Assembly: GCA_964016885.1 (NCBI GenBank)
Contig: OZ024749.1
Location: 24,738,001 to 24,802,000, forward strand
From: Eledone cirrhosa
Lineage: Eukaryota
DNA length: 64,000 nt
Reading direction: 5' to 3'
Shown here: one piece after another, positions 1 through 12,563 of the stretch
Position numbering within the stretch: position 1 is the stretch's first letter
Layout: each line of letters opens with the position of its first letter
Translations under genes and position numbers: made by a program
Notes under the pieces: model-generated
The model's database searches: none
Told to the model about the DNA's origin: nothing
Seen by the model: only the letters and a program-made list of their open reading frames with translations

Positions 1-64
1 TGATCATAGTATAATAAACCTTTCAAGGATTTACACAAATCCAGCCTCCTGTCATTTCATTATA

Positions 65-96
<32 letters not shown>

Positions 97-640
97 TGAG
101 TATATGTTGGTTGTTTACTGACAACTCAGTATGCAGATTGGAGCACTCGACGCGGTACGCAGGTTGGTTTGGTTACTCCGGAGTAATGTAAAGCAAAATA
201 ATTAAGTCAAGTATTTAAAATTTGGCCTCGTTTATTAAAGTGTACTGCTATATATATTTCGGTGTCAGCCATCCTTGGCTGTGACCTCTTCAGGCAGTCT
301 GAATTGGTGTGGTAGAGACAGGTACACATGTTGTTGAGGTGTTTAACTCCGTCAATACTCCGATATGCCCACTTCCTGGTTGGGTTGCTATTTCTCTGAG
401 GAACTGGAATTATATGAATTCGAGCAAACGAAATTTCGGCATCAAAGGAACTCTCTCTTCCCATTGGTCAGTTGTGAAAACATTCCTCAGTCAAAAATCT
501 ATAGAAATTTTTCTGCGGCAAGGCAATCTGTTGTGGTTGTTTTTGTTAAGTAGAGCTGACCTCCTCCCTTGTATTGGTGTTAGGTGGTCAGGGCATCAGT
601 AGGCAGGTCAGCTTTAGTTCGGCTGCTGCTAAACATAGGT
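97..640 (-). mobile_element. HHR-bearing PLE-terminal-type element (family A), homologous to 16690-17195
   Basis: About 106-400 matches the arms at 16690-17195; contains an HHR at 244-298; left end abuts (TA)n; right boundary approximate. Confidence 0.6.
244..298 (-). ncRNA. Type I hammerhead ribozyme (family A)
   Basis: Minus strand reads actgc CUGAAGA ggucacagcc-aaggau-ggcugacacc GAAA uauaua UA gcagu; stem I actgc/gcagt. Confidence 0.8.
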
Positions 641-773
641 GTCGAAATGACATGAGCTCTGCCGTCGGGGTCATACTTTTTCCTATTACTCACTCTACTA
701 CCCTAAGTATTGAGTACTCTGGTGCGTTAAGGTCCAGCTGGTTCCTTATCACAATTCCTTCATTATATATGTT

Positions 774-776
<3 letters not shown>
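641..776 (+). mobile_element. Short dispersed repeat (family B) carrying the 3' half of an HHR
   Basis: Homologous to 1536-1738, 29140-29263, 39032-39143 and 58007-58350; ends ttccttcattata into (TA)n. Confidence 0.65.
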
Positions 777-817
<41 letters not shown>

Positions 818-874
818 TAAAAAAATAATGAATAAAACAATGAAACAGTTCCTTATATTAAACAAAAAAAGTTC

Positions 875-1023
875 ATTATTTAACGATCGTTTCTAGGATA
901 TATATGTGTTAGAATTGGCATGCATATTCAACAGACCTATGTACAAAATTATACAAAATTATACAAACTATCAAAATTAAATATACATACCAAACACATA
1001 TATATGCCGTCTTCAGAAATAAT
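875..1023 (-). ncRNA. Type I HHR with very long stem II (family C)
   Basis: Minus strand: attattt CUGAAGA [~115 nt closed by atatatatgtgtt/aacacatatatat] GAAA cgaucg UU aaataat; palindromic stem III ACGAUCGU. Confidence 0.65.
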
Positions 1024-1055
1024 GGACACTACCGTAAACTCTTGGTAGATTTATC

Positions 1056-1098
<43 letters not shown>

Positions 1099-1109
1099 GC
1101 ACGCACACA

Positions 1110-1194
<85 letters not shown>

Positions 1195-1535
1195 GTATGT
1201 ATATCTATATATGTATCTATGTATGTGTGGGGGTTGGTGGGCGTGTATTGGTGTCTGCAGCTCGCTAATTAAACCGTTTCCTGTTACAATCTACAAGATG
1301 TGTGATAATTAAATAATTACACAACGGAAATTATATCCATTCCACCCGCGTTGCGTTGAATTTCGTTTGATCTTAAATCTCTTAGAGACAGACTCGTGAT
1401 CTTGATATTTGAAACCTCCATCCCCTACCTTGCTACACGAAACCAGCATCGTCTTTGGCTAAGTTATGTATATATGGATATTTAAATACACACACAGGCA
1501 AACAAAAACACACGCACATTTTATGTATATATATA

Positions 1536-1738
1536 TATAACGAAGGAAATGTGGTAAGGAACCAGATGGACCATAATGCACCAAAGTACTCAATACTTAG
1601 TGTAGTAGAGTGGGTAATAGGAACGAGTAGGACCACGAAGGCTGAGTTCAAGCCGTTTCGAAGGGTAATTCTGGACTCAGTCCAGAATTAGTCGTCGAAA
1701 CGGCTTGAGCTCAACCGTCGGGGTCCTACTCGTTCCTA
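1536..1738. mobile_element. Family B element, head-to-head inverted copy between (TA)n tracts
   Basis: Arms fold back around ctggac-tca-gtccag (~1671-1685); both arms read outward GAAACGGC...GUC. Confidence 0.7.
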
Positions 1739-1919
1739 TATATATATATATGAAAAGATTCAGGACTCTAAGGGCTGAGCTCCAGTCGTTTCGACTGCTG
1801 CATCCAAACTGATATATATATAAATACATATACTAAGGGGCTTTCCTGGTGATTTCCTACAAATGAAACAGTTCTAGTCCTGTAGAAGTCATATTAAATT
1901 TTGTATATATATATATATA

Positions 1920-2052
1920 ATTATGTAATAAACAATATAAGATAATTATTTCATTTACCAGTGGTTTCTTGAAGATAGATATTTATATCTGTCTTCAGTC
2001 GTCAGAAACCACTGGTAAATGAAATAATTATCTTATGTTGTTTATTACATAC
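1920..2052. mobile_element. Small fold-back element with an HHR core on the minus strand (family D)
   Basis: Inverted arms ~1921-1968 and ~2004-2052; minus strand CUGACGA-ctgaagacagatat..atatctatcttcaa-GAAA ccacugg UA. Confidence 0.55.
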
Positions 2053-2661
2053 ATTATTTCAAAATTGTTTATTGTGTAAATTATTTCAAAATGTTGAAAT
2101 AATTAAATCTAAGGATACCCTATTAAATAAGCGACAAGAATTAATTATATCTTGTAATCATAGAATTAGAAGAAATCTCAACTATTATAAACCTAATTAA
2201 TATAAACCTTACACATATTTTACATATTATTATAATTATTTTTTAAAAATTTAGTTAAACTATAATTAGTACTTTACTACAGGGAACTTAATAATTTTAT
2301 TTCCCTCTTATATCTCTCTTTTCCTAAAATTAATACCTAAAAGTATACATAACTTAATTTAATTTCCTCTTATGAATCTAGATTTCTTGTAGTCTATATA
2401 AGATTGGTATTTCTCACTACTACATTTATCCCAAAATGTTATTTTCCTTCGTTTTTAACAACATTCTTTAATAACATCTAATTCTTATTTATCACATCCA
2501 TATGAATTAATATAAATTTATCCATATAAGTATACCTGTCAATTAATTTAATTTCTTGTTATAGATGTAAATCCCTTGTGTTTTAAATAAGATTGGTTTT
2601 TCTCACTAATTCCTTTACCCTAAAATGTTACTCTCCTTCGTTTTTAACATTATTCTTTAAT

Positions 2662-2758
2662 CGAAGTTAACTTTGCCTTTCATCCTTACGGGTTGGATAC
2701 AATAAAGTACCAGTAATGCACTGGATAATTGCTGGCCATGTGCCAAAATTAGAAACAA
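2662..2758 (+). mobile_element. 5'-truncated SINE (Nin-domain-like core)
   Basis: gttaactttgcctttcatccttacggg...aataaagtaccagt core; flanked by direct repeat attattctttaat. Confidence 0.8.
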
Positions 2759-3029
2759 TTATTCTTTAATAACATCAAATTTTCGTGTTCCATTCACCGG
2801 CTTGACCTCTTTTCATCCCCAAAGTATTATTTTCATTCAAAGTATTCTTTCCATTCAAAACATAATTCTACATTCCTCTACCCCTAAATTAAATTTCTAC
2901 TACTACTATTCTATCAACTTGACCTCTTACTACTTTTCTATTGGTCAATTCAAAACATGTTCCCAAACAGACCTATTATATTAAATCTTTGTTGGTTTTT
3001 TTCAATAAACAAATCTCATTATTTCTGAA

Positions 3030-3130
3030 TCCCGTCGAGGTTAACTTTGCCTTTCATCCTTACGGGGTCGATAAAATAAAGTACCAGTAATGTACTGGTG
3101 TTTGCTGGCCTTGTGCCAATAGTACAAACA
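3030..3130 (+). mobile_element. 5'-truncated SINE, same family
   Basis: Same core; target-site duplication (TSD) attatttctgaa at 3018-3029 and 3131-3142. Confidence 0.8.
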
Positions 3131-3262
3131 ATTATTTCTGAAGACAGCATATATATGTGAAGGTATGTATATTTCCTCTGATAGTATGTAATATTTTTAC
3201 ATAGATCTATATGATGTACATACCAACACACATATATATCCTAGAAACGATCTTAAAATGAT
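3131..3262 (+). ncRNA. Type I HHR with very long stem II (family C, second copy)
   Basis: attattt CUGAAGA [~100 nt closed by atatatatgtg/cacatatatat] GAAA cgaucu UA aaatgat; downstream sequence resembles the reverse complement of 820-875. Confidence 0.6.
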
Positions 3263-3460
3263 GATTTTTTTAATATATTGAAATTGTTCTTTGTTTTTAT
3301 TCATTGTTTTTATTAATTTATCTTGACTCTGTTTTCCTGTGATTTTCATCGAAAATTTTTGAATGCATCTTCTCTTTTCATGATATTTGGATTACATTGA
3401 GTTCTTCATACGCATTGGACACTACTGTATATTTTGGTAGATTTATCTCTCTCTCTCTCT

Positions 3461-3510
<50 letters not shown>

Positions 3511-3769
3511 ATGTGTGTTGGTTATGATCCACCTTAGCGACTAATGGGCTCCATAAAATTTAAAGTTCTCATGATGTGCTGTCAGGCTGGTGAGCCTATA
3601 ACTACATCGATATTAGCAGAGATAGTAGTTGTAGTGGTAGTAGTAGTGGTAGTAGTAGAAGAAAAAGAAGATAAAACCTAAGATATTGAAAGTTATATAA
3701 TGATAGCTGTTAGACTAAAAGAAGAATGAAAGCGAATAGATTAATGATAGAGATAAAGAAAGAGTAAGG

Positions 3770-3772
<3 letters not shown>

Positions 3773-3839
<67 letters not shown>
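3773..3839. repeat. (GA)n microsatellite
   Basis: Direct inspection. Confidence 0.95.
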
Positions 3840-3842
<3 letters not shown>

Positions 3843-4896
3843 GAGAGAGATATAGCGATATGGGTTAGTGAGAGGCGTTGAGAGATAGTGAAAGAGGGGT
3901 GAGGCGGAAACGGGTTAGTGAGAGAGAGGGATTAGAGAGTGTGAGAGAGGGGATAGTGAGAAAGGGTGAGAGATAGTGAAAGAGGGATGAATGAGAGAGA
4001 TAGTGAAAGAAGGGCGAGGAAGAGAGAGAATGGGACAAACATTTAGAGAGAGAGATGAATGCAATAAGAAAATCTATGCAAAGAAAACAAAAGTTGAGAA
4101 GAACGGAAGAAAGAATGAAAGAAAATGCGTTGAAAAGAATGAAAGAAAGTAAAAAGAAAGAACGTAAGAAATGAAGGAGAAAGAAAAGGAGAAAGAAAAG
4201 CAGTGAAATAAAAGAGGCTGGCTGTGAATAGTATCTTGGAGTTGAAGAAGAGACAATGAAAAAAATGGTAAATGAAAGTTTTATGGATAAAAAGTTTGTG
4301 AATGGATGAAAGACAATGTGTATATAAATGTAAATGTATACATATATGTATATATATATATATATATTGACTGTGTGTATGTGTGTGTGTGTGTTTGTGT
4401 GTATATGTATATATATATATGCGTGTGTGTGCGTTTGTATATATATATATATACTGTATATATATATATATATATATTTAGGAATGGAAAATGGCGTGCT
4501 GTGTTGTTGCATTATTGATATATAAATAAAATGAAGTATTAGAAATAGAAGCCAGGACTATCCACCATCAGTGGTCTACTAGCCACCATAGGTATTTCTT
4601 CGCATTAAAGTCCAGATACCTCCGGCCAGGGTAAAACAATAACTAAATTAAATTATTGGGATAAAAAGAGTTGGGTGGAGAAAGAGAGACAGGTAAATAA
4701 ACACGAATGGTTAGACAACGTAAAGAGAGAAAAAATGAGAAAATCAAGTCAATGATTCATTTGAACAAAAGAACCTGTATATATATATTGTATATATATA
4801 TATACTGTATATATATACTGTATATATATATATATATACTGTATATATATACTGTACATATATACTGTATATATATATATATACTGTATATATATA

Positions 4897-4962
<66 letters not shown>

Positions 4963-4968
<6 letters not shown>

Positions 4969-7900
4969 GTTAAAGATGTACATCCATATATGTATACTGA
5001 AATACTAGTATGTATATGAATACACACACGTATACATATGTAGATGTACCAAGTTTTTTCACTGGTCACTTTACTGTGAGTGGCCAGCTATTCTGTATGT
5101 AAACACACAGACAAACCGGTTTTTAGAGTCATACTGGTTTTTGAGGAAACACCTTTCCTCTATTCTCCAGAAAGCCAGACAAGGAATATTGAACTAGTTT
5201 CGTTGTTGTTACAACTCATCAGCAATATTTACCTATCTTCCGGCCTCTCTAGAGAATCGTAAAATCACATATCATTATATGCTTTTTCTATGAAAATTAG
5301 TAGTGGGCAGACTAATTTGCATAGAGTGTGAGTAAGTACCGGTTCAACGGAGACGATAAAAACAAATAACGAAACGAAATTAAATTTCGTTTCATTTGTA
5401 ACTCACTTTTGTATGACTGACGCTTAAACAATTAAGTTAAAGATGTACATCCATATATGTATACTGAAATACTAGTATGTATATGAATACACACACGTAT
5501 ACATATGTAGATGTACCAAGTTTTTTCACTGGTCACTTTACTGTGAGTGGCCAGCTATTCTGTATGTAAACACACATGGCTTTCTGGAGAATAGAGGAAA
5601 GGTGTTTCCTCAAAAACCAGTATGACTCTAAAAACCGGTTTGTCTGTGTGTTTACATACAGAATAGCTGGCCACTCACAGTAAAGTGACCAGTGAAAAAA
5701 CTTGGTACATCTACATATGTATACGTGTGTGTATTCATATACATACTAGTATTTCAGTATACATATATGGATGTACATCTTTAACTTAATTGTTTAAGCG
5801 TCAGTCATACAAAAGTGAGTTACAAATGAAACGAAATTTAATTTCGTTTCGTTATTTGTTTTTATCGTCTCCGTTGAACCGGTACTTACTCACACTCTAT
5901 GCAAATTAGTCTGCCCACTACTAATTTTCATAGAAAAAGCATATAATGATATGTGATTTTACGATTCTCTAGAGAGGCCGGAAGATAGGTAAATATTGCT
6001 GATGAGTTGTAACAACAACGAAACTAGTTCAATATTCCTTGTCTGGCTTTCTGGAGAATAGAGGAAAGGTGTTTCCTCAAAAACCAGTATGACTCTAAAA
6101 ACCGGTTTGTCTGTGTGTTTACATACAGAATAGCTGGCCACTCACAGTAAAGTGACCAGTGAAAAAACTTGGTACATCTACATATGTATACGTGTGTGTA
6201 TTCATATACATACTAGTATTTCAGTATACATATATGGATGTACATCTTTAACTTAATTGTTTAAGCGTCAGTCATACAAAAGTGAGTTACAAATGAAACG
6301 AAATTTAATTTCGTTTCGTTATTTGTTTTTATCGTCTCCGTTGAACCGGTACTTACTCACACTCTATGCAAATTAGTCTGCCCACTACTAATTTTCATAG
6401 AAAAAGCATATAATGATATGTGATTTTACGATTCTCTAGAGAGGCCGGAAGATAGGTAAATATTGCTGATGAGTTGTAACAACAACGAAACTAGTTCAAT
6501 ATTCCTTGTCTGGCTTTCTGGAGAATAGAGGAAAGGTGTTTCCTCAAAAACCAGTATGACTCTAAAAACCGGTTTGTCTGTGTGTTTACATACAGAATAG
6601 CTGGCCACTCACAGTAAAGTGACCAGTGAAAAAACTTGGTACATCTACATATGTATACGTGTGTGTATTCATATACATACTAGTATTTCAGTATACATAT
6701 ATGGATGTACATCTTTAACTTAATTGTTTAAGCGTCAGTCATACAAAAGTGAGTTACAAATGAAACGAAATTTAATTTCGTTTCGTTATTTGTTTTTATC
6801 GTCTCCGTTGAACCGGTACTTACTCACACTCTATGCAAATTAGTCTGCCCACTACTAATTTTCATAGAAAAAGCATATAATGATATGTGATTTTACGATT
6901 CTCTAGAGAGGCCGGAAGATAGGTAAATATTGCTGATGAGTTGTAACAACAACGAAACTAGTTCAATATTCCTTGTCTGGCTTTCTGGGGAATAGAGGAA
7001 AGGTGTTTCCTCAAAAACCAGTATGACTCTAAAAACCGGTTTGTCTGTGTGTTTACATACAGAATAGCTGGCCACTCACAGTAAAGTGACCAGTGAAAAA
7101 ACTTGGTACATCTACATATGTATACGTGTGTGTATTCATATACATACTAGTATTTCAGTATACATATATGGATGTACATCTTTAACTTAATTGTTTAAGC
7201 GTCAGTCATACAAAAGTGAGTTACAAATGAAACGAAATTTAATTTCGTTTCGTTATTTGTTTTTATCGTCTCCGTTGAACCGGTACTTACTCACACTCTA
7301 TGCAAATTAGTCTGCCCACTACTAATTTTCATAGAAAAAGCATATAATGATATGTGATTTTACGATTCTCTAGAGAGGCCGGAAGATAGGTAAATATTGC
7401 TGATGAGTTGTAACAACAACGAAACTAGTTCAATATTCCTTGTCTGGCTTTCTGGAGAATAGAGGAAAGGTGTTTCCTCAAAAACCAGTATGACTCTAAA
7501 AACCGGTTTGTCTGTGTGTTTACATACAGAATAGCTGGCCACTCACAGTAAAGTGACCAGTGAAAAAACTTGGTACATCTACATATGTATACGTGTGTGT
7601 ATTCATATACATACTAGTATTTCAGTATACATATATGGATGTACATCTTTAACTTAATTGTTTAAGCGTCAGTCATACAAAAGTGAGTTACAAATGAAAC
7701 GAAATTTAATTTCGTTTCGTTATTTGTTTTTATCGTCTCCGTTGAACCGGTACTTACTCACACTCTATGCAAATTAGTCTGCCCACTACTAATTTTCATA
7801 GAAAAAGCATATAATGATATGTGATTTTACGATTCTCTAGAGAGGCCGGAAGATAGGTAAATATTGCTGATGAGTTGTAACAACAACGAAACTAGTTCAA

Positions 7901-10067
7901 TATTCCTTGTCTGGCTTTCTGGAGAATAGAGGAAAGGTGTTTCCTCAAAAACCAGTATGACTCTAAAAACCGGTTTGTCTGTGTGTTTACATACAGAATA
8001 GCTGGCCACTCACAGTAAAGTGACCAGTGAAAAAACTTGGTACATCTACATATGTATACGTGTGTGTATTCATATACATACTAGTATTTCAGTATACATA
8101 TATGGATGTACATCTTTAACTTAATTGTTTAAGCGTCAGTCATACAAAAGTGAGTTACAAATGAAACGAAATTTAATTTCGTTTCGTTATTTGTTTTTAT
8201 CGTCTCCGTTGAACCGGTACTTACTCACACTCTATGCAAATTAGTCTGCCCACTACTAATTTTCATAGAAAAAGCATATAATGATATGTGATTTTACGAT
8301 TCTCTAGAGAGGCCGGAAGATAGGTAAATATTGCTGATGAGTTGTAACAACAACGAAACTAGTTCAATATTCCTTGTCTGGCTTTCTGGAGAATAGAGGA
8401 AAGGTGTTTCCTCAAAAACCAGTATGACTCTAAAAACCGGTTTGTCTGTGTGTTTACATACAGAATAGCTGGCCACTCACAGTAAAGTGACCAGTGAAAA
8501 AACTTGGTACATCTACATATGTATACGTGTGTGTATTCATATACATACTAGTATTTCAGTATACATATATGGATGTACATCTTTAACTTAATTGTTTAAG
8601 CGTCAGTCATACAAAAGTGAGTTACAAATGAAACGAAATTTAATTTCGTTTCGTTATTTGTTTTTATCGTCTCCGTTGAACCGGTACTTACTCACACTCT
8701 ATGCAAATTAGTCTGCCCACTACTAATTTTCATAGAAAAAGCATATAATGATATGTGATTTTACGATTCTCTAGAGAGGCCGGAAGATAGGTAAATATTG
8801 CTGATGAGTTGTAACAACAACGAAACTAGTTCAATATTCCTTGTCTGGCTTTCTGGAGAATAGAGGAAAGGTGTTTCCTCAAAAACCAGTATGACTCTAA
8901 AAACCGGTTTGTCTGTGTGTTTACATACAGAATAGCTGGCCACTCACAGTAAAGTGACCAGTGAAAAAACTTGGTACATCTACATATGTATACGTGTGTG
9001 TATTCATATACATACTAGTATTTCAGTATACATATATGGATGTACATCTTTAACTTAATTGTTTAAGCGTCAGTCATACAAAAGTGAGTTACAAATGAAA
9101 CGAAATTTAATTTCGTTTCGTTATTTGTTTTTATCGTCTCCGTTGAACCGGTACTTACTCACACTCTATGCAAATTAGTCTGCCCACTACTAATTTTCAT
9201 AGAAAAAGCATATAATGATATGTGATTTTACGATTCTCTAGAGAGGCCGGAAGATAGGTAAATATTGCTGATGAGTTGTAACAACAACGAAACTAGTTCA
9301 ATATTCCTTGTCTGGCTTTCTGGAGAATAGAGGAAAGGTGTTTCCTCAAAAACCAGTATGACTCTAAAAACCGGTTTGTCTGTGTGTTTACATACAGAAT
9401 AGCTGGCCACTCACAGTAAAGTGACCAGTGAAAAAACTTGGTACATCTACATATGTATACGTGTGTGTATTCATATACATACTAGTATTTCAGTATACAT
9501 ATATGGATGTACATCTTTAACTTAATTGTTTAAGCGTCAGTCATACAAAAGTGAGTTACAAATGAAACGAAATTTAATTTCGTTTCGTTATTTGTTTTTA
9601 TCGTCTCCGTTGAACCGGTACTTACTCACACTCTATGCAAATTAGTCTGCCCACTACTAATTTTCATAGAAAAAGCATATAATGATATGTGATTTTACGA
9701 TTCTCTAGAGAGGCCGGAAGATAGGTAAATATTGCTGATGAGTTGTAACAACAACGAAACTAGTTCAATATTCCTTGTCTGGCTTTCTGGAGAATAGAGG
9801 AAAGGTGTTTCCTCAAAAACCAGTATGACTCTAAAAACCGGTTTGTCTGTGTGTTTACATACAGAATAGCTGGCCACTCACAGTAAAGTGACCAGTGAAA
9901 AAACTTGGTACATCTACATATGTATACGTGTGTGTATTCATATACATACTAGTATTTCAGTATACATATATGGATGTACATCTTTAACTTAATTGTTTAA
10001 GCGTCAGTCATACAAAAGTGAGTTACAAATGAAACGAAATTTAATTTCGTTTCGTTATTTGTTTTTA
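4963..10067 (+). mobile_element. Tandem array of a 467-bp HHR-containing unit (non-LTR retrozyme-like): ~9.6 direct units (5577-10067) plus an inverted 1.3-unit arm (4963-5576)
   Basis: Exact 467-bp period; units nearly identical (one substitution noticed, at 6989); one HHR per unit; (TA)n on both flanks. Confidence 0.9.
5992..6036 (+). ncRNA. Type I HHR of the 467-bp unit (also at 6459, 6926, 7393, 7860, 8327, 8794, 9261, 9728; minus copy 5185-5229)
   Basis: aatattg CUGAUGA guug-uaacaa-caac GAAA cuag UU caatatt; 7-bp stem I; palindromic stem III ACUAGU. Confidence 0.88.
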
Positions 10068-10083
10068 TATATATATATATATA

Positions 10084-10123
<40 letters not shown>

Positions 10124-10369
10124 TGATAATATATATATATACTGTATATATATATATTGCATATATATATATACTGTATATATATGTATATATATATATA
10201 CTGTATATATATATGTGTATATATATATACTGTATATATGTGTGTATATATATATATATTGGATATATATATGTATACTGTATATATATATATATATGTA
10301 TATATATGTATACAGTATATATATATATGTATATATATATATATTTGATATATATGTATACTGTGTATA

Positions 10370-10414
<45 letters not shown>

Positions 10415-10419
<5 letters not shown>

Positions 10420-12266
10420 GATTTAATGCTCTGAAATAGCGATATATATGTGAAGACAAACATAGAATATTCGAAAATATTCTGTATGTTTATAATAAAC
10501 ATTTTGAAGACCCAATCGCTATAGAATAGAATACGTCACGTATTACAATTTGAGATTCTCGATAAAAGCAAGGGAAGTAATCTACGCGTTTCATTCTTGT
10601 TAGAAATCATCAGGATTACATATCCAATGCTTTTATCGAGAACGACACAGCTAGAGACTTGTTTATTATAAACATACAGAATATTTTCGAATATTCTATG
10701 TTTGTCTTCACATATATATCGCTATTTCAGAGCATTAAATCCAAATTCTAATTTCTGCCGGACCGGCTACCGCTTTTTCAAACCAGTTCCTGTACACAGC
10801 TAAGTATTCTATAAGTCTCTAGCTGTGTCGTTCTCGATAAAAGCATTGGATATGTAATCCTCATGATTTCTAACAAGAATGAAACGCGTAGATTACTTCC
10901 CTTGCTTTTATCGAGAATCTCAAATTGTAATACGTGACGTATTCTATTCTATAGCGATTGGGTCTTCAAAATGTTTATTATAAACATACAGAATATTTTC
11001 GAATATTCTATGTTTGTCTTCACATATATATCGCTATTTCAGAGCATTAAATCCAAATTCTAATTTCTGCCGGACCGGCTACCGCTCTTTCAAACCAGTT
11101 CCTGTACACAGCTAAGTATTCTATAAGTCTCTAGCTGTGTCGTTCTCGATAAAAGCATTGGATATGTAATCCTGATGATTTCTAACAAGAATGAAACGCG
11201 TAGATTACTTCCCTTGCTTTTATCGAGAATCTCAAATTGTAATACGTGACGTATTCTATTCTATAGCGATTGGGTCTTCAAAATGTTTATTATAAACATA
11301 CAGAATATTTTCGAATATTCTATGTTTGTCTTCACATATATATCGCTATTTCAGAGCATTAAATCCAAATTCTAATTTCTGCCGGACCGGCTACCGCTCT
11401 TTCAAACCAGTTCCTGTACGCAGCTAAGTATTCTATAAGTCTCTAGCTGTGTCGTTCTCGATAAAAGCATTGGATATGTAATCCTGATGATTTCTAACAA
11501 GAATGAAACGCGTAGATTACTTCCCTTGCTTTTATCGAGAATCTCAAATTGTAATACGTGACGTATTCTATTCTATAGCGATTGGGTCTTCAAAATGTTT
11601 ATTATAAACATACAGAATATTTTCGAATATTCTATGTTTGTCTTCACATATATATCGCTATTTCAGAGCATTAAATCCAAATTCTAATTTCTGCTGGACC
11701 GGCTACCGCTCTTTCAAACCAGTTCCTGTACACAGCTAAGTATTCTATAAGTCTCTAGCTGTGTCGTTCTCGATAAAAGCATTGGATATGTAATCCTGAT
11801 GATTTCTAACAAGAATAAAACGCGTAGATTACTTCCCTTGCTTTTATCGAGAATCTCAAATTGTAATACGTGACGTATTCTATTCTATAGCGATTGGGTC
11901 TTCAAAATGTTTATTATAAACATACAGAATATTTTCGAATATTCTATGTTTGTCTTCACATATATATCGCTATTTCAGAGCATTAAATCCAAATTCTAAT
12001 TTCTGCCGGACCGGCTACCGCTCTTTCAAACCAGTTCCTGTACACAGCTAAGTATTCTATAAGTCTCTAGCTGTGTCGTTCTCGATAAAAGCATTGGATA
12101 TGTAATCCTGATGATTTCTAACAAGAATGAAAGGCGTAGATTACTTCCCTTGCTTTTATCGAGAATCTCAAATTGTAATACGTGACGTACTCTATTCTAT
12201 AGCGATTGGGTCTTCAAAATGTTTATTATAAACATACAGAATATTTTCGAATATTCTATGTTTGTC

Positions 12267-12270
<4 letters not shown>
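10415..12270 (+). mobile_element. Tandem array of a 312-bp HHR-containing unit (second retrozyme-like family): ~5.2 direct units (10660-12270) plus an inverted arm (10415-10660)
   Basis: HHR starts at 10854, 11166, 11478, 11790 and 12102 (period 312); (TA)n flanks. Confidence 0.9.
11166..11208 (+). ncRNA. Type I HHR of the 312-bp unit (also intact at 11478 and minus 10577-10619)
   Basis: gtaatc CUGAUGA u-uucu-aaca-agaa-u GAAA cgcg UA gattac; stem I extended by the perfect 15-bp pair ttctcgataaaagca/tgcttttatcgagaa. Confidence 0.88.
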
Positions 12271-12331
<61 letters not shown>

Positions 12332-12421
12332 ACTGTATATATGTGTATACTGTATATATATGTATACTGTATATACATGTATACTGTATATATATATATG
12401 TATACTGTATATATATATGTA

Positions 12422-12464
<43 letters not shown>

Positions 12465-12506
12465 ATTAAATAAATGGAAACTATATTTATAAAACCATAT
12501 TTATTT

Positions 12507-12563
12507 CATTATATATATTTCAGGGATAACATATTAACAATATGTTATGCCTTCTTCAGACAC
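12507..12563 (-). ncRNA. HHR-like motif in the PLE terminal repeat
   Basis: CUGAAGA agg-c-ataacatatt-g-ttaatatgttat-ccct GAAA uauau; stem I register imperfect, may be inactive. Confidence 0.55.

Noticed and set aside
5080-9877. Repeated 60-aa ORF (MASYSVCKH...)
   Set aside because: GTG start, antisense to the HHR, no recognisable motif; repeated only because the unit is repeated
5577-12270. Tandem arrays as CRISPR, rDNA or snRNA clusters
   Set aside because: No unique spacers, no cas genes, no recognisable 5S/U-snRNA/tRNA sequence; eukaryotic context
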